Made by a program: the position numbers and the translations under genes
Assembly: GCA_038087875.1 (NCBI GenBank)
Contig: CM075988.1
Location: forward strand, 11,224,001 to 11,288,000
DNA from: Malacoraja senta
Taxonomy: Eukaryota
Reading direction: 5' to 3'
Length of the DNA stretch: 64,000 nt
The notes under the pieces: generated by a model
What the model saw: only the letters and a program-made list of their open reading frames with translations
Told to the model about the DNA's origin: nothing
The model's database searches: none
Shown: one piece after another, positions 51,311-62,782 of the stretch
Layout: every line of letters begins with the position of its first letter
How positions within the stretch are numbered: the first letter of the stretch is position 1

Positions 51311-52464
51311 GCGTTTAGGTGCTTGATTATGAAATTGGTTTGGACAATAGCAGACAAACAAATATAAATTAATCTTCTATAATTAAAGGTAATAAATGTG
51401 TAATGCAGCATATTCAATTTTACTTCTGAAATTCAGTTCCACTGGCTTCAAGACAATGGGATTTGAGAAGTAGTGTTTAATACAGACACATTATTATCCA
51501 CCACATTTACCCCACATGAGAGACACATATTTCTATGCAGAGTCGGACAAATAGGTAAACAGTGGACTAATGGAATGACTAATAAAAATATGCTGAGGTG
51601 TTAATTATTCACAATATTTATTAATGGAAAGCAGCTCAATAAAGGCAAGCTTGTGCAAATTCACAAAATACACTAAGATTGTGTCATTACAATTTATCTA
51701 GATGGAAGTACAAATTCACGGTGAAATTGGTTCATTAAACAAATAGCAAAGGCATGGCATTATCTCACAATGAAGCTAAACACAAAATATAGCAGTTTCA
51801 CAGATGAACAGTTTGTTCTGTGAACTTAAGGAAACACAATGTAAGTAGTCAGTGAGCTATCCTGTAAATAAACTTCATGCTCATTTGAAGATATGTTTGC
51901 TTTGTCTTAATGCATGTTGAAGACATTGTGGTGCTCTTAATTATCAGAAACAATGTAAACATACATGCACTTTGTTAATGTGCAGCACAACTTTGCTCAT
52001 TCCGATTTGACCAAGGTAAGGTACTATTTCTGTTATGAAACACATTTCTTTCCAAGTATTAAGATTTAACTGGCTTAACACAAAAGAATGTGAAAGCACA
52101 ATATTGTGCACCAATCAACAGATTTTTGAAAAATATCTGATCACTCAACCCATTTGTGTAACTTCTGCATTGGTAACATGTATGTATATATGGCCAGAGC
52201 CATCAGGGTCATCATATGCTGCACTTGCCCTGACACTGCAAGCAGAATTGCATTGCAGAGATGAGGTCAGGCAATAGCAGAGGCTTTGCAAACTGAAATA
52301 GACTTTAACTGGAGGGTTGAGGTCAATTGCATGAAAGTGACCTAGTGTGATTAGGTCTACTTGGAGGAATCCAAGGTTTTTCTAGGCAGGTCCTATTTGT
52401 TTGGTCGCACTCACTGCCACCTCTCTGCCAACCCTTTGGCTTTCCAACTTTGGCATTAATAGCG

Positions 52465-52830
52465 CCATAGAGACACACTGCAGGGAAACGGGTCCTCAGC
52501 CTAACGTACATGCCAACCAAGATGCTAGTTCTACCTGCCCACATTTGGCCCATATCCCTCTAAACCTTTCTTATCCATGTAGCTATCTAAATTCCTTTCA
52601 AATTATGTTTTAGTACCTGCTTCAACTACCTCATTTGGCAGCATGTTCCCTATACCCACCACCTTCTGAATGGAAAAAGTTCCTGTTAAGTTCATGTTCA
52701 AGTTCAAGTTCACATTTATTGAATTAAATCATTCCCTTCTCACCTTAAACTTATGTCTTATGGTTCTTGAGGCCCCTATTCTGGGTGAAAGACTGTACCA
52801 TTACTGTACAGTCACCCTGTCTATTCCACT
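52465..52830 (-). mobile_element. CR1 (HER1-type) 3' fragment
   Basis: Same 3' UTR pattern as 50995-51310. Confidence 0.7.
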
Positions 52831-52923
52831 CATTGCATTCCTAATACCACGACCACACTCTCCCACACACATATAACATCATGCCCCAAATGCTTCTTCC
52901 TTCCAATCATCTCCTAAATCTTT

Positions 52924-53059
52924 TTTCTTCTTGCGTATGGCGTGCACAGCCTAAAGTTGTAAGACAACTTGTTCTGTTTGATCTTCTGTTTGTGCATGCC
53001 AGGTTGATTGCATTTGTTGAAACAGGGTGGACCACGTGAAGGTTGGAATCTCCCACCCC
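52924..53059 (-). mobile_element. Short TSD-flanked retroposon with HDV-like ribozyme head (Ingi/Vingi-like non-autonomous element)
   Basis: TSD CTAAATCTTT at 52914-52923 and 53060-53069; 3' end CCATACGCAAGAAGAAA; 5' end folds as an HDV-like double pseudoknot. Confidence 0.8.
53006..53059 (-). ncRNA. HDV-like self-cleaving ribozyme motif (minimal P4)
   Basis: P1 GGGGUGG/CCACCCU with G1-U wobble; P2 GAUUCCA/UGCAAUC (one mismatch); P3 ACC/GGU; L3 UUCACGU; J4/2 C-A-A-A. Confidence 0.72.
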
Positions 53060-53094
53060 CTAAATCTTTCTGATAGTCAGGTTAATGCTCTCCA

Positions 53095-53275
53095 GTGGCG
53101 CATCTGCAAAATGATGGCTTAGTGCTAATCTGTGGGGTCATGGTCCAGGGGTAAGCAGGAGAAGGTGTCTGAGATCTGGTGCATGACCTCAATGCAGTAG
53201 AGGTCAGCTCATCAGACTACCACGGCAACTCCCTTGTCGGCGGGTTTGATGATAATATTGGGGTTGCTGCAGAGT
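53095..53275 (-). pseudogene. Penelope-like RT N-terminal fragment
   Basis: Minus translation LCSNPNIIIKPADKGVAVVV**ADLY...QISD...PLDHDPT contains the PLE 'DKG' motif, with stops. Confidence 0.75.
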
Positions 53276-53614
53276 AACTATCTTCTAATGCTCTCCACAA
53301 TCAGCTCTCCCACAGCAACAACAGGTCATCTTTCCGACCAGATTACCTAATATTCCCTTTCAAAATGTTAATGTGTCACATTTGCTGATTTCCCCTTTAT
53401 CTACACTATTAGCTTTCAGACATGTTTTTTTTCTTTCACAAAATCATGTTAAATCTGCCGAATAAAATCATAATTTTCAAAGTGCCCGACAGCTCTCTTG
53501 AGCATGAGTTCCAACATTCCAACTTCTAGTTTCTGTACAGAAAGAGGCAATATATTCTTGCCACCTTCTGACTTGCTGGGCTTGTTCCAGAATGAAGGTG
53601 GTCCAGGAGATTTT

Positions 53615-53925
53615 TTGTTTAGTTTAGAGATACTGCACGGAAACAGGCCCTTCGGCCCATCGAGTCAGCACCGACCAGCGATACCCGCACACTAACACTA
53701 TCCTACACACTAGGAACAATTTACATTTACCATTACACCAAGCCAATTAACCTACAAACCTGTACGTCTTTGGGATGTGGGAGGAAACCGAAGATCTCAG
53801 AGAAAACCCACGTGGTCACGGGGAGAATGTACAAACTTCATAGGGACAGCACCCGCAGTCAGAATTGGACCCGGGTCTGTGGTGCTGTGAGGCAGCTTCT
53901 CTACTGCTGCACCACCATGCCGCCC
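53615..53925 (-). mobile_element. HE1-like SINE
   Basis: Reverse complement head GGGCGGCATGGTGGTGCAGCAGTAGAG; typical tail. Confidence 0.88.
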
Positions 53926-56624
53926 TTTATTTGGCAGCCTTTAACATTCTTGTTTTCTCCAGTTCTTTTTACTCTTCTTGGCCATATTATAAATCTCTTC
54001 TTTCTGCTTGATGCCCTTTTAATCTCTTCTGCCAACCACAGATGGATGATGTTTGCCATGGAGAATTCATCTTTCATTGATAATCACAAAATATTGATTT
54101 AAGTGATAAGATTAATTTGCCAGTAAATCAATTTTTCAACCTAGTTCAGCCAACTTCCTGATAGTATGTACTTAACTTCCCCTTTGCAAGTCCATGATTT
54201 GAGTTTCCAACATCAATGCTTCACTCTAAAACCTAATATAATTGTTTTTATCATATCACGATCAATTCTCCTTGGATAATTTTTTACTGGATGACTATAA
54301 ACTAACTTGGTCTCATTAGATGTCATGATCCAAAATCTCCCGATAATTTTATGGTTATATGACATATTGAATCAGATGCTTTTCCGTGAAGCAAAAGCAC
54401 CAGCTGACAGAAATTCTTAAAGGAGAATTTGGACGATACATGCATAGGAAATGTTGACAGGGATATGGGCCAAACGCTGGCAAATGGAACTAGCTTTGAT
54501 GTGTAATATTGGTCGTCATTGACAAGATGGCCCGAATCTTGTCATTGAGATCAGCCATGATCACAATGAATGGCGGTGCTGGCTCGGGGCCGAATGGTCT
54601 CCTGCACCTATTTTCTATGTTTCTATGCCTGTTTTTGTGCTGCATGACTGTGACTCGATGACCTACTTGGCATTGCATTAACCTTTTTTTAAAACTAAAG
54701 ATTCATTTTATTAAATCTTAATTATTGCCTTCTGGAAGTCCATATACATTACATCTATGTAACCTATAAGGACTTCCAGTCCTATATTCCTGTCTGTTAG
54801 TTTTTATTCTTCATTCCTCAAAAATATAATTACATTTATTGTGCATGACCCACCCATTACAAATGCATATTAGCTCTCTAATCAGTCTCAATTCCTTCAA
54901 TGAATGTTTGGGAATAGTCAGTATGGTTGTCACTGCAGTAGCGTTACTCTTTACAGTTTGATTGATTCATTCCACAAATCTTGGTGAGGAGCTGTTCGTA
55001 TTGTGCTAAGTTGAGTAATGTTGAAAGGCCTTCCGACACTGTTGACCCATCTAACATGTGTGTTATCTGATCAGTCCCATCTCTCATCACAGAGCCCGCT
55101 TGAAAATATGTTTTCCCAATACTGTGGATATGTAATTTTGAAGCCCCCAAGTGGGATTGTAATACCTGGTTAATATGCACAGCAGTCCAGAGCTGATGGT
55201 TTGCCATCTGTGTGCATTAAATCTACCTGTACTGAACTCATAATAGGCAAGCCTTGTTGTAGTAAGTAGATTTTCTGCTTTCTGGTTTTGAGGAAATGTT
55301 TTCCTCAAGTGTCAAGCTGTTAGCTTTCAGCCAGTGTTGTTAGGCCCAGCACCAAGTCATTCTAAGACACAGGATTAATAACTGGAAAGAAAGAAGTTGA
55401 AAAATCTCACCTTGGTTCATATCAATAACCATTTGAAAATTGAAAAACCGGAATACTGCAAAATTCACAGACGTTCTCTCAGTTTCTGATGTGTGAATAT
55501 TAAGAGGCAGGTGTACTGTGCTCCACCTTTAATACTAAAGTAGATTATTTGTTAGAATAGAAAGAAATAATTTAACTGGCAGCTCTGATTCACACTCAGT
55601 GCTATGGGAACAGATCAGGGAAAGATTGAACTATAATGAAAACCACATGGTTGTATTCAAAACAAGTTTGTCCATGACTGTAATCATGTTCAACTATCCC
55701 AAGGTATAATTGCATTTAGCATTGTGTCTTGGCTTCAGTTATTCCAATACAAATGGCACCTCAGAACTTGTAGTCATAACTTTGAGCACTCATTTGCACA
55801 AATCATATACAAATTCTACTTAATGTCCTCATATTCTCATCAACTCACCCCAGATCCTACCACTAAGTACAGACTGGGAGCCCATCTTTAGAATACAGGA
55901 GAAAACTGGAGCACCCAGAGGAGACCCACGCAATCATAGGGAAGATGTACAAACTCCACATAAACAGCACTGGAAGCCAGAGATGTGGGAATTTTGAGGC
56001 ATAAGGCCTACTTGTTGAATCACAGTGCCAGCACTACACCTCTGACCCGAAATCCATGTCTAATAGAGGAACCTTGAACTACAGAAGATCAGCCATGTAT
56101 TTGTTTTGCCAGGTTTTGTCCTGCCTTCACCTCTCTTTCCACTTTCTCCCCCTCCTCCCTTGCCCATCTTAATCAATCTGAGGAATGGTCCCAACCTGAA
56201 ACGTTGCCCATCTACCATCTATAGAGATGATACCTGACCACTGAGTTACTCCAGCAATTTGATTGTTTGTCAAGCAGCATCTGCAGTTCCCTGTGTTTGC
56301 TTTGTTTTGCTTTGATGGACAATAACCTTCATAATTTAGATTATTGTCTGACAAAATGTCTGTAGAATGTAATGTTCATGGTGTTTAGCTGTCAACAGTT
56401 TGGCAGGATTTCTTGCACAAGAAAGAATTTCATTGTCATGTCTGGGATAAGGAAACATTCTCGATCCCCATGATTCTTGAATTGTTCCTGAACTGAGTAA
56501 CAAGCTCAGCCATTCCAAACTCTAGCTGAGGCAATTACATAATGGTGGACTGAGGACATGTGTAGACCAGTCTGGGGTAAGGCAATTCATGATAAACAAT
56601 GAACCAAGGTAAGATGTTTAACTT

Positions 56625-56832
56625 GTTTAGGAAGGAAGTGCAATTGCTGGTATAAACCGAAGATAGACAAAAAATGCTGGAGCAACTCAGCGGGACAGGC
56701 AGCATCTCTGGAGAGAAGGAATGGGTGACGTTTCGGGTCTGAAAAAGGGTCTCAACCCGAAACAATCGCCCATTCCTTCACTCCAGAGATGCTGCCTGTC
56801 CCCCTGAGTTACTCCAGCATTTTGAGTCTAGC
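56625..56832. mobile_element. Fold-back pair of PLE terminal repeats
   Basis: The minus copy ends GTGACGTTTCGGGTC and the plus copy starts GTCTGAAAAAGGGTCTCAACCCGAAAC; the arms are ~75-bp near-perfect inverted repeats. Confidence 0.8.
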
Positions 56833-57509
56833 TAAGATGTTTAATTTATTTGCTTCTCTTGAAACACGTTTTTGAACCAGATGGGTTTTTAACAACAGTC
56901 CAGTTGTTGTATGATGCCCATTACTGATGCTAGATTGGAAATTGCAGATTAAATTTATTAATTAAATCAACTTGCAATTGTCATGGTGGTGTTTGAACTC
57001 ATGAACTGGATCATTAGTTCAGGAATTTAGACATTAGTGTAGCTACTTAACCACTATGGTGCTGTAGCAATTGTCCTTATTGCATAAACATGATCATAGA
57101 AGCCAGAGGTACTATACCAGGTGAGAGGGTATTTGTTTGGATCTCGTTCTTTGCGATTCTTGGCAAATGTCAGGATTTAATTACATCTTAAATCATGACA
57201 AAGAACATATCATTTAGCCAGCATAGTTCCACTAATAACTCTGACATTTAATTAGAGGATTTTGGCCCATTTATTTTAATACTGAATTTGGTTGGCTTTT
57301 AATTAGCTAGCTGCGAGCCAGTGACAAGAAATAAACTATTGAAAATAGGAGAATTAACTGGATATTGCATGAGATATTCAATATGTAAACCAAACAATTG
57401 AATGCGTTAAAGATGACCACTTCATAGTAAATCTCACGATTTTCATCTCATTATTTCGGCCGTCAATAGTTGTAACTTGAGCGATGTCCATCTCTGTCAT
57501 AAAAAAGTA

Positions 57510-57923
57510 CAGGTCTACCACTCTATTTTCCAGCAAGTGGTGGTCCGGCACCTTCTTGAATCTGGGCACAATTACGAGAGTGTGCTTGAAGTCCCCCAGA
57601 AAATCTGGCGCCTAGCCCTGTTGAAGTGGCTGAACTCAACCCCATCGGAACCTCTGTGGCCAGACTTCCAATCGATGGGTCGAATTTTCCCCCTGCTGCC
57701 GGGATCCTGGAACTCCGACCCGGATGGAGTCAGCAAATCCGACTCCATAGCCGACCTCCGAGGTTGACTTTGCGGGCCGTATCTCGGCCCCTCGGTGGCC
57801 CAGGCGGACTGTTCCGGTACCGTTCGACTGCTCACGGAGGTCGTGACCACTGTTGGTCTGGCAAAATGGATGAACCAGAAAGATTATGGAACCAAGGATG
57901 CTGGAAAATTGGTAGCGGACCTG
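57510..57923. mobile_element. Non-autonomous Tc1/mariner (pogo/Tigger-like) DNA transposon
   Basis: TA|CAGGTC...ATTTTCCAGCA at the left end and TGCTGGAAAAT...GACCTG|TA at the right: imperfect TIRs with TA duplication. CpG-rich interior. Confidence 0.6.
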
Positions 57924-58509
57924 TATGAGAATATAAGAAATAATATCTGAGGAGAATAATTTTTGAATTAGAAATTCGCCATGTTAAACTCAGAATATTT
58001 TCCCAGAGATGTCTTATCACATACAAAGCTGAAACATGAAGAAATAAACAAGAAGAATTTTCTTATCAATGTTTGTTGTGTTAGTTTCCTGCAGTACAAC
58101 ATATTGTAGAAATAAACTGGAAAACATTTCTTTTTTTAAATCCATGTGTGATTTAGTCAAGAATGAGGTGTTAGCCATCAGTTTGAACAGATTGATGTTG
58201 GCGTCAACGTGGCAGCTTAAATATGGTTGCAGCAAGAACGTAAATAGTTTGGTTGCATAGAAATAAAAGTGCAAAATCATGAATTAAATATGAATAAAAA
58301 ACATAAGCTGCTTTAAAAATAGAGTTTTTAAGGTTGTCACTTTGATTTAAACTGTAATTTTTATTTGAATTTTGCAATTCCACTGTTGAATGTGTCTAGT
58401 GAGGCCGCTGATGTTGATGTTAAGAAGTAACTGATGTTCCTTCACCTTTGAGAGCAGCAGTCTAAGCCCTGATGGTTAAATCAAAACATACTACCATTGA
58501 TACTACATA

Positions 58510-59472
58510 CAAATGGTTGGTGGTGGTTGGTTTGAAATAAAGCACAGCAAATGGTTGGTGGTGGTTGGTTTGAAATGGCAACTGATTAAAAGTCTAAACT
58601 TGACAACTTCCTGTTTGCACTGTATAATGATTTTAGATAAAACGCTACCACTTATGGCTGTGATTTTTGCCCATCTTACTAAGTCCCCCTCTGCTCATCA
58701 GGTGCAGAGAATTCTTCCCATCAATGAAAAATAAAAGTGTTATTAGTGTTTAAAAAATGTTGAGAATCTCTCTCCTGTCAATCACGCCACGAAGGCCACG
58801 CCCCTTCTGGTGGGAGGGGGGGGGATTATAAAACCCAGAAGTGTGGGTGTGGTTCAGTCTCTGCAAGATGAGGGAGGGAGAGGTCACAATTCTGTCTGAG
58901 CTGTGAATCAACTGAAGCCGTGAATCAACTGAACTGTGAGTGTGGTGCTTAAGTGGTGTTTAAGTGGTGTTTTGTATGGTTTTCTGGTGGTTTGACCCTG
59001 CTTGAAATGGGATGAAACGGCATTTGAATGTGGTGGCCTTGCACCCTGCATGAAATTGTATGAAACTGTATTTGAATTTGGTGGCCTTGCACCCTGCTTG
59101 AAATGGTATGAAACTGCACTTGAATTTCGTTGCTTGCACCCTGCTTGAAGTGGTAGGAAACTGCACCTGAATTTGGTGGCCTTGCATCCTGCTTGAAATG
59201 GTAGGAAACTGCATTTGATTTTTGTGGCCTTGCACCCTGCTTGAAATGGAATTTCAAGGAATATCCGTGAGTCAACTGCCAGCCCACCAGCCCACAATGT
59301 CCATACTAGCCCTCTGAAATCCAGTCCCTTCAGCCCACAACACCCATACTAGTGCTCCAGAAAGACCCACCCCCCCAACACGCACACACACTGGCCAGCA
59401 ATATTGGAATTGGTGGAGAGGTGGAATATTGCGTTGGGGGACCAGCCCTCCCGTGTGAACCACTTAATCTAT
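58510..59472 (+). mobile_element. Non-autonomous Helitron, second shorter copy
   Basis: Reverse complement of ~16005-17080, including the 48-bp array (58995-59247, ~5 units). 3' end CACTTAATCTAT versus CACTTAGTCTAG in the first copy. Confidence 0.75.
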
Positions 59473-60182
59473 TGACATTATAAAGAGAGGACGGGGGTGG
59501 GGAGTAAAGTTTATCGATCGGTCTGTAATTTGTTTGTGTTATACGCAGATATAATGCGTCAGATTGTACTTGAACCGGCTCAAGTACTTGTGGTCACCAC
59601 TGTGCTTGCCCTGTAGCCATTGTAACAGTTACAGCCGCATGGTTCCTCAGGCCTTGCAGGTATTGCTGCCCTCATCTTTTGACATGGCACAAGGTTCTGC
59701 AACCAGTTACTGATCCACAGGCGGTAGATAGAAATCAGGGACATTGAAAAGAATGCCTGGCATTGATTTAATTATTTATATAAAATTAAAAACAAATTTT
59801 TTCAACATACATTGCCTGACATCTGAATTAAAAACATAAATATTTAGTTAAGATAAAGTTTCAATGAAAATATAATTTATTCAGTCAGCATCCTGTTTAA
59901 ATGAACAGGGCCACATGAGATGAATTTGCCACGACTGGAAAAATGATGTAGGCCCAGATACAATGTGTTTCCAGTCCTCAGAAGAATGCTGAGTCCAGGG
60001 GAGGAGAAGGACATCAGATGCTCCCAAATTTAACCCATTGCACTCCATGCTACAGCACGCTAATGGAACTGCAGAATTTCAGAATGCGCTGCGGACCATT
60101 CACCGGCTATTGGCACGATTCAACCCAATAAGTTGAAGCAGCAATAAGTTGAAGCAGATGTTTTGAAATTCCATAATTTCCC

Positions 60183-60482
60183 AGTTTAGTTTAGTTTAGA
60201 GATACAGCGTGGAAACAGGCCCTTCGGCCCATTGAGTCTGCATTGACCAGCGATCACCCGTACGCTAACACTATCCTACACACGAGGGACAATTTACATT
60301 TTTTATCAAACCCAAATTAACCTACAAGCCTGAACACCTTTGGAATGTGGGAGGAAACTGGAGCACCCAGAGAAAACCCACGCAGTCACGGGAAGAACGT
60401 ACCAATTCCACACAGACCGCACCCATAGTCAGGATCGAACTCTGGTCTCTGGCTCTGTGAGGCAGCAACTCTACTGCTGTGC
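60183..60482 (-). mobile_element. HE1-like SINE
   Basis: (GTTTA)n-GAGATACAGCGTGGAAACAGGCCCTTCGGCCC tail. Confidence 0.88.
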
Positions 60483-62429
60483 TAACGTCCCAGGTTAGTT
60501 GTGGCAGAGTTTTTGTTGGGGACAATCTTAACCAATTTTCACTCATATTTGCAACAGTTCAAGATTAGATTGAAGCATTAAAATTCTGAAGGCTTTTCAG
60601 CTGTACCTCACAAGATTGTGATCTTAATCACAAAGAAGGACATGCACTCAAAGGAATACTGCCACCTGCAGGTTGTCCTCCACATCACACTGCACTGGAC
60701 TTTGAAGTGCAATGCTGTGCCTTCATTGCCATTGAGGCTAAAACCTGGAAATCCCCACCAAACAGTATATTGGGGTGGGAGCACCTTCACCAGAAAGGTA
60801 GCAGTGGTACAAGAGGCAAATCACAAACACCTTCTCAAAGCTAACTGGGAATAGAACAAAATTTCAGCCATGTCGACATTTGTACAAGAAGAGAGAAATC
60901 ATGAATCCATATTGATATGAAAATAGATGCACCTACTTCCAATTTTTTACATTCTCCAAGTAACCAATCAGATTTCCCTTAGATTATCCAATTTCTTCCC
61001 AAATCCCAAGATATGTCCGTCGGTTGGTAAATTTAACTCTAAATGGGTGTTGGGAAAATTAAGGGGAAGTTAGCTGGCATGTGAGAGATTGGGGTTACAA
61101 GGAAATAACAAAGGAAATCCATTGCCTTGAGATGGCTCGATAGGCCAAATGGACCCCTTTATCAGGAAATATGACAGTTATATGAACAAAAATTAGAGGT
61201 GCTGAAACTTGGATATAAAAATGTATATCCCACTGTTGCATTTACTCCACAGATTTTTTGTCAAATCAGCTTTAAAAATAGGATATAAAATTATATACCA
61301 GCTGCAAAATGTGCACTCTATTTAAACAGTGCACTGTTGTACACTATATTTTGATCATCTGAGACAATTTATTGATTCTATTAATTATCCAAGGCTATAG
61401 CCAGTCACGCCTCAGAGAAGACAGTACAGGTTTGGGTGAGAACAGTAGCTTTTGTTTTGTGTCCAAGAAATGTGAATTCAGAAGAAAAACTAAAGGAAAT
61501 TTATTTTGCTGTGAATATCTGTAAATTGTGACTAGTGATTCACATCATGTGGATTTGCTCAAACCAAATTAGATAACTCGGATAGGAATATCACACCTGC
61601 CGTGAACAATTTAGAGACAGGAAGAGTCCTTGGTTTGAAAACAAAATATGTTAGTCTAATTGTTAAATAAACCGCACAGAAGTTACTCAGTTCCACTCGT
61701 GGATAAATTAATCAGAATTGTCAGACTTACTGAAGAAAAGAGGGAGAAAGACAGCAGGGAGCGGTAGACCAGTTGCCTTAAAATCAGCAGGAGGGAAATG
61801 TTTCAATCTACTATTAAAGCAGATGTAACAGGGCACTTCGAAAACAATAGTAGGAGCCAATATGAATTTATGAAAATAAATTTGTGTTTGACAAATCTGT
61901 TAGTGTGCCTTGAGGTTACAAAATAGATAAGGGTAAACCAGCTTATGATGCCACACAAGACATTATTAAACCAAATTAAAGCCAACAAACAGGATTGAGG
62001 ATTGGTTTAAAGAGAGAATAAATGAATCAATTTGGGCTGAGAGGCCGTGACTAGTACAGTGATGCTGTGAATAGCAAACTGTCCACAATCTAAATAAATC
62101 ATTTGGATTCAAGTACGAAATGAAGTGATTTATTTAAATTGATTTTTTTGTTGTTGATTTTGCTTCTGTTTACTGGGCGTTGCAATAAAGCTTGACCTGT
62201 TAATTGCTTGACTGTGGTTTAGTATCTAAGTGCTGGTCTGTTGAAGTGGAATTGGAGTGCAGAAGCGCTTTGTTTCCCTCCACGCAACATTCACGGAGCC
62301 ATGGAGTTAATCGGCACAGGAACAAGACTTTCAATCCTTAAGTTGCACATCTCATGACATCGCAGGCTGAGCCATGCATCTTTCATTCAACGATGGCTGT
62401 AATCCTTGGTGGAAGAACTACAAACTCCA

Positions 62430-62782
62430 TTGTTCATAAGGTCATAAGGAATAGGAGTAGAATTAGGATTTTCGGCCCTTCTCTGCCTCTACTCTGCCAT
62501 TCAATCATGGCTGATCTATCTCTCCACCCTAACCCCATTCTCCTGCCTTCTCCCCCTAACCTCTGTCACCTGTACTAATTAAGAATCTATCTATTTCTGC
62601 CTTAAAAATATCCACTGGCTTGGCCTCTACAGCCTTCTGTGACAAATAATTCCACAGTCACCACCCTCTGAATAAAGACATTTCTCCTCATCTTCCTAAA
62701 AGAATGTCCTTTAATTCTATGACCTCTAGTTCTAGACTCTCCCACTAATTGAAACATCTTATCCATATCCACTCTATCCAAT
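62430..62782 (-). mobile_element. CR1 LINE 3' fragment
   Basis: Reverse complement has GATGTTTC..TTAGTGGGAGAGTCTAGAACTAGAGGTCATAG and the CR1 3' UTR. Confidence 0.75.

Noticed and set aside
60030..60050. TTAACCC piggyBac-like terminus
   Set aside because: No matching opposite terminus was found nearby.
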